DNA of 64,000 bases from the human T2T-CHM13v2.0 reference genome, Homo sapiens. The DNA is taken from NCBI RefSeq assembly GCF_009914755.1, contig NC_060933.1; one strand, written 5' to 3'. Positions within the stretch are counted from its first letter, which is position 1. Each line of letters opens with the position of its first letter. Below, in pieces: positions 14,433 through 30,170 of the stretch. Both the position numbers and the translations under genes were made by a program. The notes below the pieces were generated by a model, which saw nothing but the letters and a program-made list of their open reading frames with translations, did no database searches and was not told the origin of the DNA.

Positions 14433-14695
14433 ATAATCCCAGCACTTTGGGAAGCCAAGGCAGGAGGATCGCTTGAGCCCAGTTCAAGACCAACCTGGGT
14501 GACATAGTGAGACCTTGTTTCTACAAAAAATTAAAACTTTTTCAGGTGTGGTAGTGCACGCCTGTAGTCCTAGCTACTTGAGTGGTGAGGCAGAAAGATC
14601 ACTTAAGTCCAGAGGCAGAGGTTGCAGTGAGCCACACTCCAGACTGGTCGACAGAGCAAGAACCGCTCTCAAAAAAAAAAAAAAAAAAAAAAAAG
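14433..14695 (+). mobile_element. Alu, 5'-truncated
   Basis: Alu motifs, polyA. Confidence 0.85.
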
Positions 14696-14779
14696 TAGCA
14701 GAGAGCTAATGTTTTACCTAATTGGGATTCAAAATTAGCATTCCTTGTCATCGAATTGATCACAAATACTCATCTGTAA

Positions 14780-14866
14780 CAATCAATCTTAGCTCCAGGG
14801 CCACACACAGACAGGTGGTGGGTCAGATTTGGCCTGGGGCCATAGTTTGCAGACTGTTGATTTAGA
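14780..14866. mobile_element. MER58-like hAT fragment
   Basis: gggtcagatttggcctggggccatagtttgcagac...tttaga terminus. Confidence 0.5.
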
Positions 14867-15539
14867 CTCAGAGACCTAGGTACTAGGAATAATGAAAAAA
14901 CAAGGGAGTGCATAACATTTAAGGTAGTTTTCGTTCTGTGGGGTGGGGGAGGGAAGGAGGATAGAGTTGGAGAGGAATATACAGGCTGGTTTCTGGGGTA
15001 TTGGTAATATTCTATTTCTTGCCTTGATACTACTGTTCATTTTAATTTTGTTCATTAAACAATACACATTGTTTTACATGCTTTTTATATGTGTGCTATA
15101 TTTCATGAAAAATAATTTCAACCTCTCTGACTTCTCCCCACTTCTCCACTCTCCCTCCTTCTTACCAAACAAATTATTCCTTATTTTAAAACCGCTTCCC
15201 ACTTTTACCTCTGATCTCTTTCTTCTGGAGTGTAATCCTCTGGGTCGTGCAAGAGTTTTATGTTCCTTTATTAACAAACCTGTTAATCTATCACCAATCT
15301 CAGGTCATCCCTTTTTCTTTGTCATTGTCACTTTTGCTCTTCTTTCTCCATTCTTTTCCTTAAGCAGACTTTTAAATTTGCCCTTAGAAAGTAAATAAGA
15401 AAGCGGGTTTCCCTTGCTGTTATCTTTATTTTATTCTTTTAGTTTTTCTTTTATGAGTTTACTAGGAAATTATTTTAGGTGTCTCCGTTTCACTTAGCCA
15501 CTGAGTAAGCAGAAAGTTTAAGTGAACTTAATGAAATGG

Positions 15540-16218
<679 letters not shown>

Positions 16219-16294
16219 GAATGAAATGGGCACAGGGACCCATCAGTACATTTGAATCAGAATATTTCAGATCAACCTGCAGCAATTTGTGAGC

Positions 16295-16750
16295 GTTTGT
16301 TTATTTAACAGCTCTTTTGAGATGTGATTCACGTACCCCACTATGCAGTCATTTAAAATACGCAATTCATTGGCTTTTAATATATTCACAGAGTTGTGCC
16401 ACCATCACCACAGTCAATTTTAAAACCTTTTAATCATCCTAGAAGGAAACCCCTCAACCCTCCGTTGTCAGCCTCCAATCCCTCCCACTCCCAGCTCTAG
16501 GTAACCTCTGATCTTTCTGTCTCTATAGGTTTGCCTATTCTGGACATTTCATATAAATGGCATCATATGTGGTCCTTCATGACTGGTTTCTTCCTCTTAG
16601 CAGAATGTTTTTGGTTCATCCATGTTGTAGCTCATAGCAGTACTTTATTGCGGAACATTATTTCATTGTATACGTGGCTACACCACATTCTGCTTATCCG
16701 TTCATCAGCTGATGGACGTTTGAGTTGTTTCCACCTTGGCTATTATGAGC
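16295..16750 (-). mobile_element. L1MB-like 3' end
   Basis: ttgcctattctggacatttcatataaatgg, gatggacgtttgagttgtttccacc. Confidence 0.7.
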
Positions 16751-17223
16751 ATTCATTGAACAATTATTTGCTTTTAGGTAATTTATTTTAAGTGGTATGT
16801 AGTCATTGTGGAAACTTTGAAAAATATTAAAGAATATAAAGGATGTGATAAAATTTGCTCATAATCCCACCACTCAAAAAAAAAAAGCTTTATTAACACG
16901 TTTTCTGTGGGGAAAAAAATGCATGTTTATATAATTTGTTTTATAATTCTTTATTTCTCTTGAAGATTTGCTTTGCATTTGAACAGATTTTGTTTGCTAA
17001 ATCACAGCAAGACTGGCCAACTGCAGTTGTCATAAATAATTTATCAGTCATTGTGCAATGGGAGTATAGTGGAGTTATCTGCCATCAGATGGGCATGGGG
17101 AGGGTTTAGAGAAAATTTCACAGAGGAGGAAACATATATTATGAAAATATGCATGAGGTTCTGATACCTGTCAGTAAATAAAACATTGGGTCTTCTAATA
17201 AGGTCGTATTTGTTCTGTTGTAG

Positions 17224-17387
17224 GAGGCTGGCAGGATGTACAGTTTTTATCACAGGTGCAAGCCGTGGCATTGGCAAAGCTATTGCATTGAAAGCAGCAA
17301 AGGATGGAGCAAATATTGTTATTGCTGCAAAGACCGCCCAGCCACATCCAAAACTTCTAGGCACAATCTATACTGCTGCTGAAGAAA
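17224..17387 (+). CDS. HSDL2: HSDL2 exon 2 (164 bp), SDR Rossmann TGxxxGIG motif
   Basis: tag|G AGG CTG...GAA GAA A|gtgagt; encodes RLAGCTVFITGASRGIGKAIALKAAKDGANIVIAAKTAQPHPKLLGTIYTAAEE, recognised as the HSDL2 N-terminus. Confidence 0.97.
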
Positions 17388-17611
17388 GTGAGTGTGACAG
17401 TGCCATTTGATAAAATGTCTTTCTAGTGGTTTCAATACATAGAGAATTTGCTGGAGAGTTTAGTTAAAGCTATTTGAAAGCTACCCTGAACATAATTTTA
17501 TCTAGTGAAAGAAGTATTTATGTTGTCACCTTGGGGCAGTGCTTCTGACCGTTTTTCTCCACCAGCACTTTTAAGCAATGTGAGAAACTCCAGTTAAAAA
17601 TCTTATTTCAT

Positions 17612-17890
<279 letters not shown>

Positions 17891-18296
17891 TTATTTATTC
17901 TCTGTACAATTTGCAAGTCATCATTTTAATACTTTTAGTTGACAAATAATTATCACATACTTCTATTTAAGGCATAGCGCTAGGCACAGAGCCAGGAGAG
18001 AGGGCTTAAAAATTCAAGTTCAGTTGACATTGCTAGTTTTGTTAATCATGTTCAGAGCACTGTGGTTATGTTAGAGGAATGCATGTGAAGTGTTTATGAG
18101 TGAAATGATGTCAGGGATTTGCTTTAAAACACACCAGCAAAAAATAAAACGGGACAGGAAAGATAAACATATTAACTGACAAAACTAACAATCGTTGAAG
18201 ATAGGTGATGGATTCCTGTTAGTTTATTACAGCATCTTTACATTTTTATATAGTTTAGAATATTTCCACAATAAAAAGTTTTTAAAAATTACTTTC

Positions 18297-18614
<318 letters not shown>

Positions 18615-18850
18615 TTAGCTTTTTAAAAAAATTACAAAGAAACCCCCACCAAACCTTCGTTTTTGTTTTTTAATAGTGTTAGCCTAGCTAGTCTGTCCTG
18701 CTATATGGTAGAGTCACTGGTGGTAAGATAGAGTTATTTATATTGATTTTCTGAAAACAGGGTACTTTTTTCTTTTGACTGTGATATTGGAATTAAAGGT
18801 ATAATATTTAAATGCTTTAACGCTTTTTCATTTTGTATCCTTTATATAAG

Positions 18851-18949
18851 TTGAAGCAGTTGGAGGAAAGGCCTTGCCATGTATTGTTGATGTGAGAGAT
18901 GAACAGCAGATCAGTGCTGCAGTGGAGAAAGCCATCAAGAAATTTGGAG
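18851..18949 (+). CDS. HSDL2: HSDL2 exon 3 (99 bp)
   Basis: aag|TT GAA GCA...TTT GGA G|gtaata; IEAVGGKALPCIVDVRDEQQISAAVEKAIKKFG, in frame with exon 2. Confidence 0.96.
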
Positions 18950-19106
18950 GTAATACCTTCATTCTGAAAAAATTATTGGATATTGGTAAAATAAAGGTAT
19001 AACTATAATGTTAATTTAAAAATTTGTTTTGAGTTTTGAATTTTCTGAGTCTTTGGAGAAATACGTATTTGCTCACACAGAACATGATTTAAAACCATCT
19101 GATAAG

Positions 19107-19600
<494 letters not shown>

Positions 19601-19693
19601 AATTCTTCCTTTATGTGGTTAAATCTCATCTTCTTCACAAAGTCAGTTCCCTCACCATGCCAACTAATCAGAATTATATTTTTCTTTCTCTGA

Positions 19694-19993
<300 letters not shown>

Positions 19994-20641
19994 TCTCTGA
20001 TTTCTTAAAACATTCATTTGATCCTTATCTTGTACTATTTTAGATCTTAGTATTTCTTTTCTCCCCAATTAGTTCAAAAGTTCCTAGAAAAAAGGTGTTG
20101 GGGATTGAGCTAAGGCTTTCATGGTATTATAGTAGGGCACCTAGGCATGTCCAAATCCTGCCTAAACCATTACCACTCTCCCCGCTAATGTTCTGGAGGA
20201 CCATATGTACATGTGAGGGACAATGGCCAGTGGAAAATGAGGGAATGCTTCAGTGTTAGCAAGGCTGTACTTATAATCCCAATGCAGAGTGCTGTGGGGT
20301 GCTGGACTGAAGCACGGAGCTTTGGCTCAAGTGGAGCCTCTTCCCTTAAATCCAAAATCTTACCCCTAGCCGGCAGCCTTTCCCAAAGAAATGTGAATGC
20401 CTGTGTCAGAAGAGGAGAGAAAATGCAAAATGATGTTTGTCCAACTGATAGGGCGCTAAATGTGAAATGTGCCACGCTCAAATGCAGGATATTTTATCTA
20501 AAATGACTTCACCTAGTAGTAAAAGTGGTTAACTAGTGCCACTTAGGATTTGATGTAATTAGTTTATCCACTAATTTTTGGAGAGGACGTAAGGGGAGAA
20601 AGCTGAAGCTTTTCATTCTCCCATATTCATTCAGTTTTAGT

Positions 20642-20944
<303 letters not shown>

Positions 20945-21697
20945 TGAATTTATTATTTAATTTTTTAAAATTGTGGTAAAATACACATAACATAAAATTT
21001 ACCATCCTATTTTTAAGTGTACAGTTCAGTGACATTGAAGTTTATTATATTGTTACACAACCATCATTAAGTACACTTCACAAAGAATAATGAAGACCAG
21101 GTAGAAACAAAGAAAAAATGTTTGACATAGTTTTTGTATTTTTACCATTTTCCTTTAATGTTATTTCACTAAGCATATAACTATAAGCAAAACTTGTTGG
21201 TTATAGGTAGAAACTAGATAGAATTTGCAGAAATAGTAGTTACTCTAGGTTTATTTTTTGTGTGTGTGTATGAGTCACTAAAACAAAATTGATCCACTTT
21301 GATGATCTGCCTGGGATTGAAACAGTAGGTCTTTCTCTTTTCCCAGTTCTCAAGACCAGAAAGGAGCCTTTCCCTTTAAGTGAGGGGCCTTGGGGGAAGG
21401 GAGACTACTATGCTTGGAGGGAGGACAGGCCTTTGAAACTTCATGCTAGAGAGGAAGAAAGACTTTAAGGAATTTGATCCAAGGTTTATGGAGACAGGGA
21501 GGGACAACCAGGAGGTAAGAGAACAGTTAAGAGTGGAAGCTACAAACCACCGAAGACTAAGCCTCCTTGTAGTTTCACATGGAGCTCTGGCAATTGGCTA
21601 TATCTCCACTGTGCTAGTGACAATCATGCAGGTGCTATTTTGAAATAGCTACCAGTCTTGCATTGGTAGTGGTTAGTCATATTATCTAAAGGAAGTA

Positions 21698-22036
21698 TAG
21701 CCATGCATTGCTTAATGATGGGGATATGTTCTGAGAAAGGCATTATTAGGTGATTTTATGATCGTATGAACATAGAGTATACTTACACAAACATAGATAG
21801 TCTAGCTGACCACATACCTAGGCTGTATGGCATAGCCTATTGCTTCCAGGCTGTAAAGCTGTATAACATGTTACTGTACTGACTACTGTAGGCGTTTGTA
21901 ACACAACAGTAAGTATGTATCTGAACAAACTTAGACAGAAAAGAGATAAAATAAAAAAACAGTATTGTAATCTTAAGGGACCATGTTGCGTATATGGGCC
22001 ATTGTTGACTGAAATGTTAGGTGTGGTACATGACTG
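21698..22036. mobile_element. Tigger3/MER7-type MITE
   Basis: TA-flanked (t)agccatgcattgcttaatgatggggata...catgactg terminal inverted repeats. Confidence 0.75.
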
Positions 22037-22133
22037 TATTTGTGAATCAACTGAGGGTTCAAGAGAGTAAACGCTTTTTTTGTGTGTGATAAAAAGTCTT
22101 TCATTAAAATGAAATTGATTATTTTGAAAACAG

Positions 22134-22248
22134 GAATTGATATTCTGGTAAATAATGCCAGTGCCATTAGTTTGACCAATACATTGGACACACCTACCAA
22201 GAGATTGGATCTGATGATGAACGTGAACACCAGAGGCACCTACCTTGC
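22134..22248 (+). CDS. HSDL2: HSDL2 exon 4 (115 bp)
   Basis: cag|GA ATT GAT...TAC CTT GC|gtaagt; GIDILVNNASAISLTNTLDTPTKRLDLMMNVNTRGTYLA (SDR NNAx motif). Confidence 0.96.
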
Positions 22249-22377
22249 GTAAGTTTGCAAGAAGAGTTGTTGGGGAGGAAGTTGCGGTGTTTCTCAGGGA
22301 ACTTACATAGTTGTAAACAGATTTGAGCCAAATTAACAGTGTAGTTCAAAATCTAGTCAATCCTTATAAGGGTCTAA

Positions 22378-22760
<383 letters not shown>

Positions 22761-22783
22761 TGAATTTAGGAAAGACTAAAGTA

Positions 22784-23094
22784 GGCTGAGTGCAGTGGCT
22801 CACACCTGTAATTTCAGCACTTTGGGTGAGGGGAGTATTATTGGAGGCCAGGAGATTGAGACTGAGATGCACAAGATGGCAAGACGCTGTCTCTACAAAA
22901 AAAAGTTTTTAAAATCAGGCAGGCATAGTGGTGTGTGTGCTACTGAGACTGTGGTGGTGGTCTCATCTACTCCGGAGACTGAGGCAAGAGGATCCCTTGA
23001 GCCCAGGAGTTTGAGGCTACAATGAGCTGTGATCATGCCACTGCACTCCAGCCTGGGTAACAGAGAAAGACTGTCTCCAAAGAAAAAAAAAAAA
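22784..23094 (+). mobile_element. Alu (old)
   Basis: TSD aaagactaaagt. Confidence 0.85.
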
Positions 23095-23554
23095 GACTAA
23101 AGTGTAGCTCAAGCATTTTCTCAAATATTTGCATGTGTAAATACTTACATGTATACTCTGTCTTTCATAGGACACAGTCCTTTCATAGGACTATTTAGGA
23201 TTACTGAAGCCAGCAATAGTCTCCTTCCTCTGAAAAAGACCTGGCGTTAAAAAAAAAAAAAGACGTAGGTTTTAGTTATTTAAATAACAGTAAGGTCATT
23301 CTCATTATGAATCACACTTTATTGTAACCAATAAAAACACTAATACTTTCTTGGGCTTTGCCGGGGAAATGTAGACTATCGAATGAAAGAACATAGTCTT
23401 GATCTGTTCTGGATTCATCAGACAACCTGTCTTATTGTCCATTTATTTATCTGTTTATTTACCCTCTGGTTCTATATTTTCCATGTGGATATCAGGATAC
23501 ATCAGGTTAGAACTTGCTTCTGTACCTTACATGTATCTTGTTAACACACAGAAT

Positions 23555-23740
23555 AGGTGGTTAGGAGCTTAGGCTCTGGAGTAAGACTGCTTGGATTCAA
23601 ATCTTAACACTCACCCCTCATGACTTTCTATTTTGTGACCTTGGACAAGTAACTTAACTTCTTGCAGATTCAGTTTCTTTACTTTTAAAATGGCAATAAT
23701 ACAGTAATATGTTATAGGGTTGGTCACGAGGGTTAAATGT
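23555..23740 (+). mobile_element. MIR
   Basis: ggctctggagtaagactgcttggattcaaatc...gtgaccttggacaagtaacttaac. Confidence 0.7.
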
Positions 23741-23871
23741 CTAAGTTATTAAGTTAGAGTCCTGAATTTTTCCCTCAGGTATGTTTTGTTGGGTCTGCAA
23801 AACTTGGCCCAGACAGTGTTAAAACAAAATTGTTTTCATTAGTTACCTACATTCAAAGTTTTATTAGTTAG

Positions 23872-24160
23872 GGCCAGGCATGGCGGCTCATGCTTGTAAT
23901 CCCAGCACTTTGGGAGGCTGAGCCAGGCGGGCCACTTGAGCCCAGGAGTTCGAAACCAGCCTAGACAACATGGCAAAACCCTGTCTCTACAAAAAATAGA
24001 AAAATTAGCTGGGGATGGTGGCACACGTGCCTGTAGTCCCAGCTACTTAGGAAGCTGAAGTGGGGGGATTGTCTGAATCTGGGAGGTGGACGTTGCTGTG
24101 AGCTGAGATCACCCTACTGCACTCCAGCCTGGGTGACAGAGCGAGACCCTGTCTCAAAAA
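23872..24160 (+). mobile_element. Alu
   Basis: Alu motifs. Confidence 0.9.
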
Positions 24161-24543
24161 CTTTATTGGTTGCTTATGTTGAAAAAATTAGAAGATTTAT
24201 ACAAAAGTCCAGATTTCTAGCATTTCTTGAAATCTTAGAAGATCTGGCCAAATAGAGAAGCATTACCACATGGCAATAGTTGCTGTAGCTGAGTGGCAGG
24301 GTTATCAACTGCCTCATCAGATGGGGCCAGAGCTCTGTTGTCTTCTGGATGCTGAGGACAGACTAACAAGTTATATCATTGCATTTACACTGTTGTTTTT
24401 CTTATATGAAAGAGGAAAGTGAAATATTTCTCATAACCACATCTCTCTCTGAATTGGGAAAATGAGACTTATGCCAAGAGGGCCGTATGTTCAAGCAAAA
24501 TGGGTGAAAGCTTACTTGTTTGTAGATGTAAGGCATATTTCTA

Positions 24544-24913
<370 letters not shown>

Positions 24914-25252
24914 ACTATTATGGCAAGCATATAGATTGTGATGAAAAACTTGAACTAGAAAGAGTTTGTGTTTATTTTCAAATAAAATAGGCAATGTTGC
25001 TATGTGATACTGTCATGGTACTAGAAAAAATTATATGGGAATAAAAATATTTTACAGCTGGCAACTTTGTGAAAGAATTTCAATTGAATGTTAAGTATTT
25101 GTTTAAACAAATGCTTAAAAATATAAACCTAGCCAGGAATATTATTGCTCAACATGTTGAACTAAGGCTTAGTTAAGGGCGTGTTGTGTGAATAAGTTTA
25201 ATGATTTCTGGCAGTTTCTATTATAGATGATGAAGCCACAGATATACATATA

Positions 25253-25452
25253 CAGGTTGAGTATCCCTGGTCTGAAAATCCCAAATCCAGAATGCTCTGA
25301 GATCTGAAACTTTTTGAGTGCTGACTCGACGCTCAAAAGAAATGCTCTTTGGAACATTAAGGATTTCAAATTTTTGGAGTAGTGATGTTGAACTGGTTAA
25401 GTATAATGCAGATATTTCAGAATGAAACCTGAAACAATTCTGGTCCCAAGCT
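25253..25452. mobile_element. Tigger4/MER46-type DNA transposon fragment
   Basis: ta|caggttgagtatccc...ctggtcccaagc. Confidence 0.7.
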
Positions 25453-26048
25453 AAACTTGTACCACACACCTAGGTATATGGCGTCAGGAGAATTTTGACG
25501 TGATTAAAAAGGTTTTAGACTGGGTTTTCATGACATGAAATGACTTCCAAGGTATTGACAAATATCTTGGCAAGTTTAAGGCAGATTTATCAAAACTAGT
25601 AATCATAACTATAGACAGTGCTGTAGCAGTGGTCAGTGTTAATTTTAGACTTATTAAAATCTAAACAAATGTAGGTATATGTTTTGCAGGGGTGCAGAAA
25701 TTGTTTGTTCATTGTATCATTCACTAGGAATTGCTCCCTACTAACAAAGTTAAAAATATACGTTTTCTTTCCAAGAGATGATCAATACAAGTAAAGCATT
25801 GAATTTTATGTAGATTTGTCAAAATTAGTAATCATAACTATAGACTTGACCTTTTAAACTGACATTATGACTGATGTGTACATAAATGTATAAGTCTCTT
25901 TGTTTTTTCCTTGTGAAATTATGTCTTTGGAAGCCCATTTGGCAAAAATAATTTGGTCTACTTTCCTATATTGAGGTCATTTTTCAAAAATGAAAGTGAT
26001 GTCTTAACCCACATTTTTAGATGTGAAGGTGCAATTAAAAACAAAACA

Positions 26049-26178
26049 GACCAGGTGGGGTGGCTCACGCTTGTAATCTCAGCACTTTGGGAGGCCGAGG
26101 CAGGCGGATTACTTGAGCCCAGGAGTTTGAGATCAACCTGGGCAACATAGTGAACCCTGTCTCTGTTTTAAAAAAAAT
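26049..26178 (+). mobile_element. Alu left monomer (FLAM-like)
   Basis: Single arm. Confidence 0.8.
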
Positions 26179-26377
26179 TACAGTTAAAATTAAAACTCTC
26201 GCACAAAGATTCTATTCACTATTGAAAGTTCCTACCTTTATAAACAGCCACTTAAAAAAAAAACACTAAATAAAATTAAATATTGCTCCCAGTTAAAAGC
26301 AGATTGAAATGCCAAATGAAAGACCTCACACTGACTTTTGGGTCAAAGAAAAGTGTCAGATTTTTGGCCTTCTATGA

Positions 26378-26742
<365 letters not shown>

Positions 26743-26936
26743 AATATTTCTATTTTATTTTATTTTTACTTCCCTGGTAACTCACAGAACATATTTCTTT
26801 TTTAATTTGTATTTTTCAATTTAATTTATTATATACTCTCCAGTATTACATTGTTTGTATCATGTTAAATGCTTTTAGAAGCTTAGTAGTAAGGTTCAGT
26901 TGTATCTCTGAACAGTTGATTTTTCTTATTCCCAGC

Positions 26937-27525
26937 TGTTTGAAATGCTTGTTCCCTGGTGCCATAAAGAAATAGCACTTGAACATAAATTTAATTTACT
27001 CAGCAAGGCCGTTTTTATACTTTCTGCAGAAAGGGTATACTTGCCAGCAGTTTTGCCACAAGAGTACACCGATCAAAGCAGACAGGGTCATTTATAACCT
27101 GACGCGTCCACCCTACTGCTGTGTCCGGTTTCCATTGGCTGGAACGGGACCTGACGTTCTGTATTTGTCCCGGTTGGCTAGCAACTTAGAACTTTTTTTA
27201 AAAAGAGGCAAAGGCAGAGGAGAACAAAGGAAGGAGGAGGTAACTTGTGGAATGCTGAGAAAGGTAAAAACACCTTCAAATAAGGAAGAGGAACAGGCTA
27301 TGACCTAATGCTTGCTTGGACCAGTATATGCATGCCGGGGCAAATATTTAGGCTAAATTGTGGGAGCTAAGAACTTAAAGTACATTGATTTCTTTATCAT
27401 GGCTAGCAGATATTTAAGAATGTTAGTACGGGTCTTTGAATACATTTTGCTTCTAAGAGAAGTTACTATTTATTCCTAATTAGACAGGGAGGAAAGTCTT
27501 TGAAGAGGAACCTCTAGTTTTTACA
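26937..27525 (-). mobile_element. Solo ERV1 LTR (LTR10C-like), 589 bp
   Basis: TG...CA ends, TSD ccagc/ccaac, minus-strand CCAAT, TATAAA and ATTAAA; aaatgcttgttccctggtgccataaagaaatagcacttgaac signature. Confidence 0.75.
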
Positions 27526-28644
27526 CCAACTCACTTTATTCATTTACTCAAATGCCTTACAGGTCTTTGAGTTTGAAACCCCAAGTAAGTAAAATAATTC
27601 ATGAAAGGTAATAAAAACAGAGTCTGGCACATAGTTAGGTTTTCAGTAAACGTAACTATTTTATTCGGCTGAAGGTATCAGTATCTAAGTGTGGTGCTAA
27701 GAGTTTTCAATATAATATATAAGAGGGCATGCTACTGTGACAGATGCACCTGATGTAGGATTAGCAATGTTGAGGTCCAGGCCAGCAAAGTGCAGATGGA
27801 AAGGTCTTGTCCCATAGATCAAAGGGAAAGCCCATGTTTAGAATGTAAATGAAATGAGCTCTTTCCTTTGAGTGTAAAATATGGTCTTATTTACTGGAGT
27901 AGATTTAGTTTGTTTCTTCTTGATGCTTCGAGTTGCAGTTTCACTGTTTTAATGAAACTCAGCTGTAATATTGTTTGCCCCACCTCACCTCACCTCCATA
28001 AAAGTGAAGCACCTTTGGAAATGAAAACAGTATCTACCAAAACCCCTCTAGTGGTATTGATTATATTTGGTAAGCTTGGTAAGATGTTGCTGTTTTTAAC
28101 ACCAGTATTGTACATTTGGTAATTAAAAAACTGACTTGAAAGAAGAATGAACTAGTTCATTCACAGCTCCTGGTTCAGGGTAAAGAAAAAAAAAAAGAAT
28201 GGACAAGTTCAGAGTCCTAGAAGTCCTAGAAGTCATTGAATGTAAACGAAAGCTAAATTTGTAGCTAAAATAAAGCTATAAATTAAGCTATAATATATTA
28301 TTTAGCTGCTGACATTATGTAAAAATTAACATTTTAGAAATATTGAATCTGAATCTTAAATAAATTACCTACCTTAATGAGTGACTTTTTAAAAATAAAG
28401 CTATGTATTGCACCCAAAGGCATATTTTATATTGGTGAAAATTAAATTTGGGAATGTAATGAGAGTTATATTACTAAATTACAGTTCCAATGTAGTAGAA
28501 GTACTATGCCTATTAAGATGAAATAAATCAGCATACATAATACTAACAACAGCGATTGTTTATTTCATGTTTAGTATATACATTGTCCTAAGTATCTCAT
28601 ATATATCATCTAATTTTAATCTCTTGGTCAATCATAGAAGGTAG

Positions 28645-28790
28645 TGACTTTTACCAACATTTGCAGAGGAGAGAACTGAGCATTAGAATGCTATACAATT
28701 TTCCCAGGGTCACACAATGAAGGGGCAGAAGCAGAATTTGAACCCTGGTCTGTCTGACTTGAACACTCATGTTATTTACCACTGTGCTGA
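28645..28790 (-). mobile_element. MIR
   Basis: ttgcagaggagagaactgag...cccagggtcacaca...gaaccctggtctgtctgac. Confidence 0.65.
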
Positions 28791-29099
28791 CCGACAAGTA
28801 TATTAACTATCTCTGAAAATTACATATGTGTGTTAGGGAGGCAGAATTTGGGATGGTTGTGGTTGCGGATAACCTCAGTTGGGCTTAAGGCTAGTATATC
28901 AAGGATTTGTTTTTTTCCATCAAGCAGATCATGTTGCCAGGCCATTAAGCAGAATTTCAAAGGATGAAAATTAGTTGCTTTTTCTGTCTTAATTCTAGAA
29001 AGCAAACAAAAGTACCCTATGAACAAAACAAACAAACAGTTCCCTACAGATTTCTGAGCAAGTTCAGTTACTCTGTAGGAGTAGTTTAAAATGTATCTT

Positions 29100-30010
29100 G
29101 GCGGAGCGTGGGTGGATCACGAGGTCAGGAGTCGAGACCATCCTGGCTAACACGGTGAAACCCCGTCTCTACTAAAAATACAAAACATTAGCCGGACGTG
29201 GTGGCGGGCGCCTTGTAGTCCCAGCTACTCAGGAGACTGAAGCAGGAGAATGGCATGAACCCGGGAGGCGGAGCTTGCAGTGAGCGATTGTGCCACTTCA
29301 CTCCAGCCTGGGCAACAGAGCCAGACTCCGTCTCAAAAAAAAAAAAAAAAGTGGATTGGCCCGGCATGATGGCTCACACTTGTAATCCTAGTACTTTGGG
29401 AGGCTGAGGCGGGTAGATCGCTTGAGTCCAGGAGTTTGAGACACGCCTGCGCCACATAGCAAGACCCTGTTTCTAAAAAAAGAAAAAAAAAATTACAAAA
29501 ACTATCCAGGTAGCTGGGCATGCTGGCACATGCCTGTAGTCCCAGCTACTCAGGAGGCTGAGGTGAGAGGACCACTTGAGCTGGGGAGGCAGAGGCTACA
29601 ATGAGATGTGATCATGCCACTGCACTCCAGCCTGGCAACAGAGAGACCCTGTCTTAAAATTAAAAAAACAAACAAACAAAAAAAAAGAAGTTGGCTGGTC
29701 GCAGTGGTTCACACCTGTAAACCTATAATCCTGGCACTTCGGGAGTCTGAGGTAGGAGGAGTGCTTGAGTCCAAGGGGTTCAAGACCAGCCTGGGCAACA
29801 AAGCTAGACCCTGTCTCTAAAAAAAAAAAAAAAGTACAGAAATTAGCTGGGCATGGTGGTGCACACCTGTAGTTCCAGCTACTCGGAAAACTGAGGTGGG
29901 AGGATTGCTTGAGCCCAGGAGCCCAGGAGCTCAAGGCTTTAGTGAACTGTGATCGAGTCATGCACTCCAGCCTGGGCAACAGAGCAAGGCCCCCTCTCTT
30001 AAAAAAAAAA
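29100..30010 (+). mobile_element. Alu cluster (5'-truncated AluY-like plus older Alus)
   Basis: gagaccatcctggctaacacgg AluY diagnostic; three consecutive elements. Confidence 0.88.
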
Positions 30011-30066
30011 GTGGAGAAATTGTTAGAAAGCTATTAAATTTGGCTTGTATTTTCTTTTGCTTTCAG

Positions 30067-30170
30067 ATCTAAAGCATGTATTCCTTATTTGAAAAAGAGC
30101 AAAGTTGCTCATATCCTCAATATCAGTCCACCACTGAACCTAAATCCAGTTTGGTTCAAACAGCACTGTG
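30067..30170 (+). CDS. HSDL2: HSDL2 exon 5 (104 bp)
   Basis: tttcag|A TCT AAA...CAC TGT G|gtaggt; SKACIPYLKKSKVAHILNISPPLNLNPVWFKQHC. Confidence 0.96.

Noticed and set aside
14943-15398. 151-aa hydrophobic ORF
   Set aside because: Low-complexity T-rich and old repeat sequence with no recognisable domain or splice context.
17044-17364. 106-aa minus-strand ORF
   Set aside because: Antisense shadow of HSDL2 exon 2 with no independent coding evidence.
20110-20520. Unique-looking block with opposite-strand ~98-aa ORFs
   Set aside because: No recognisable homology, splice structure or TSD; cannot support a call without a search.
26979-27308. 109-aa ORF in the solo LTR
   Set aside because: Lies on the antisense strand of a non-coding LTR.
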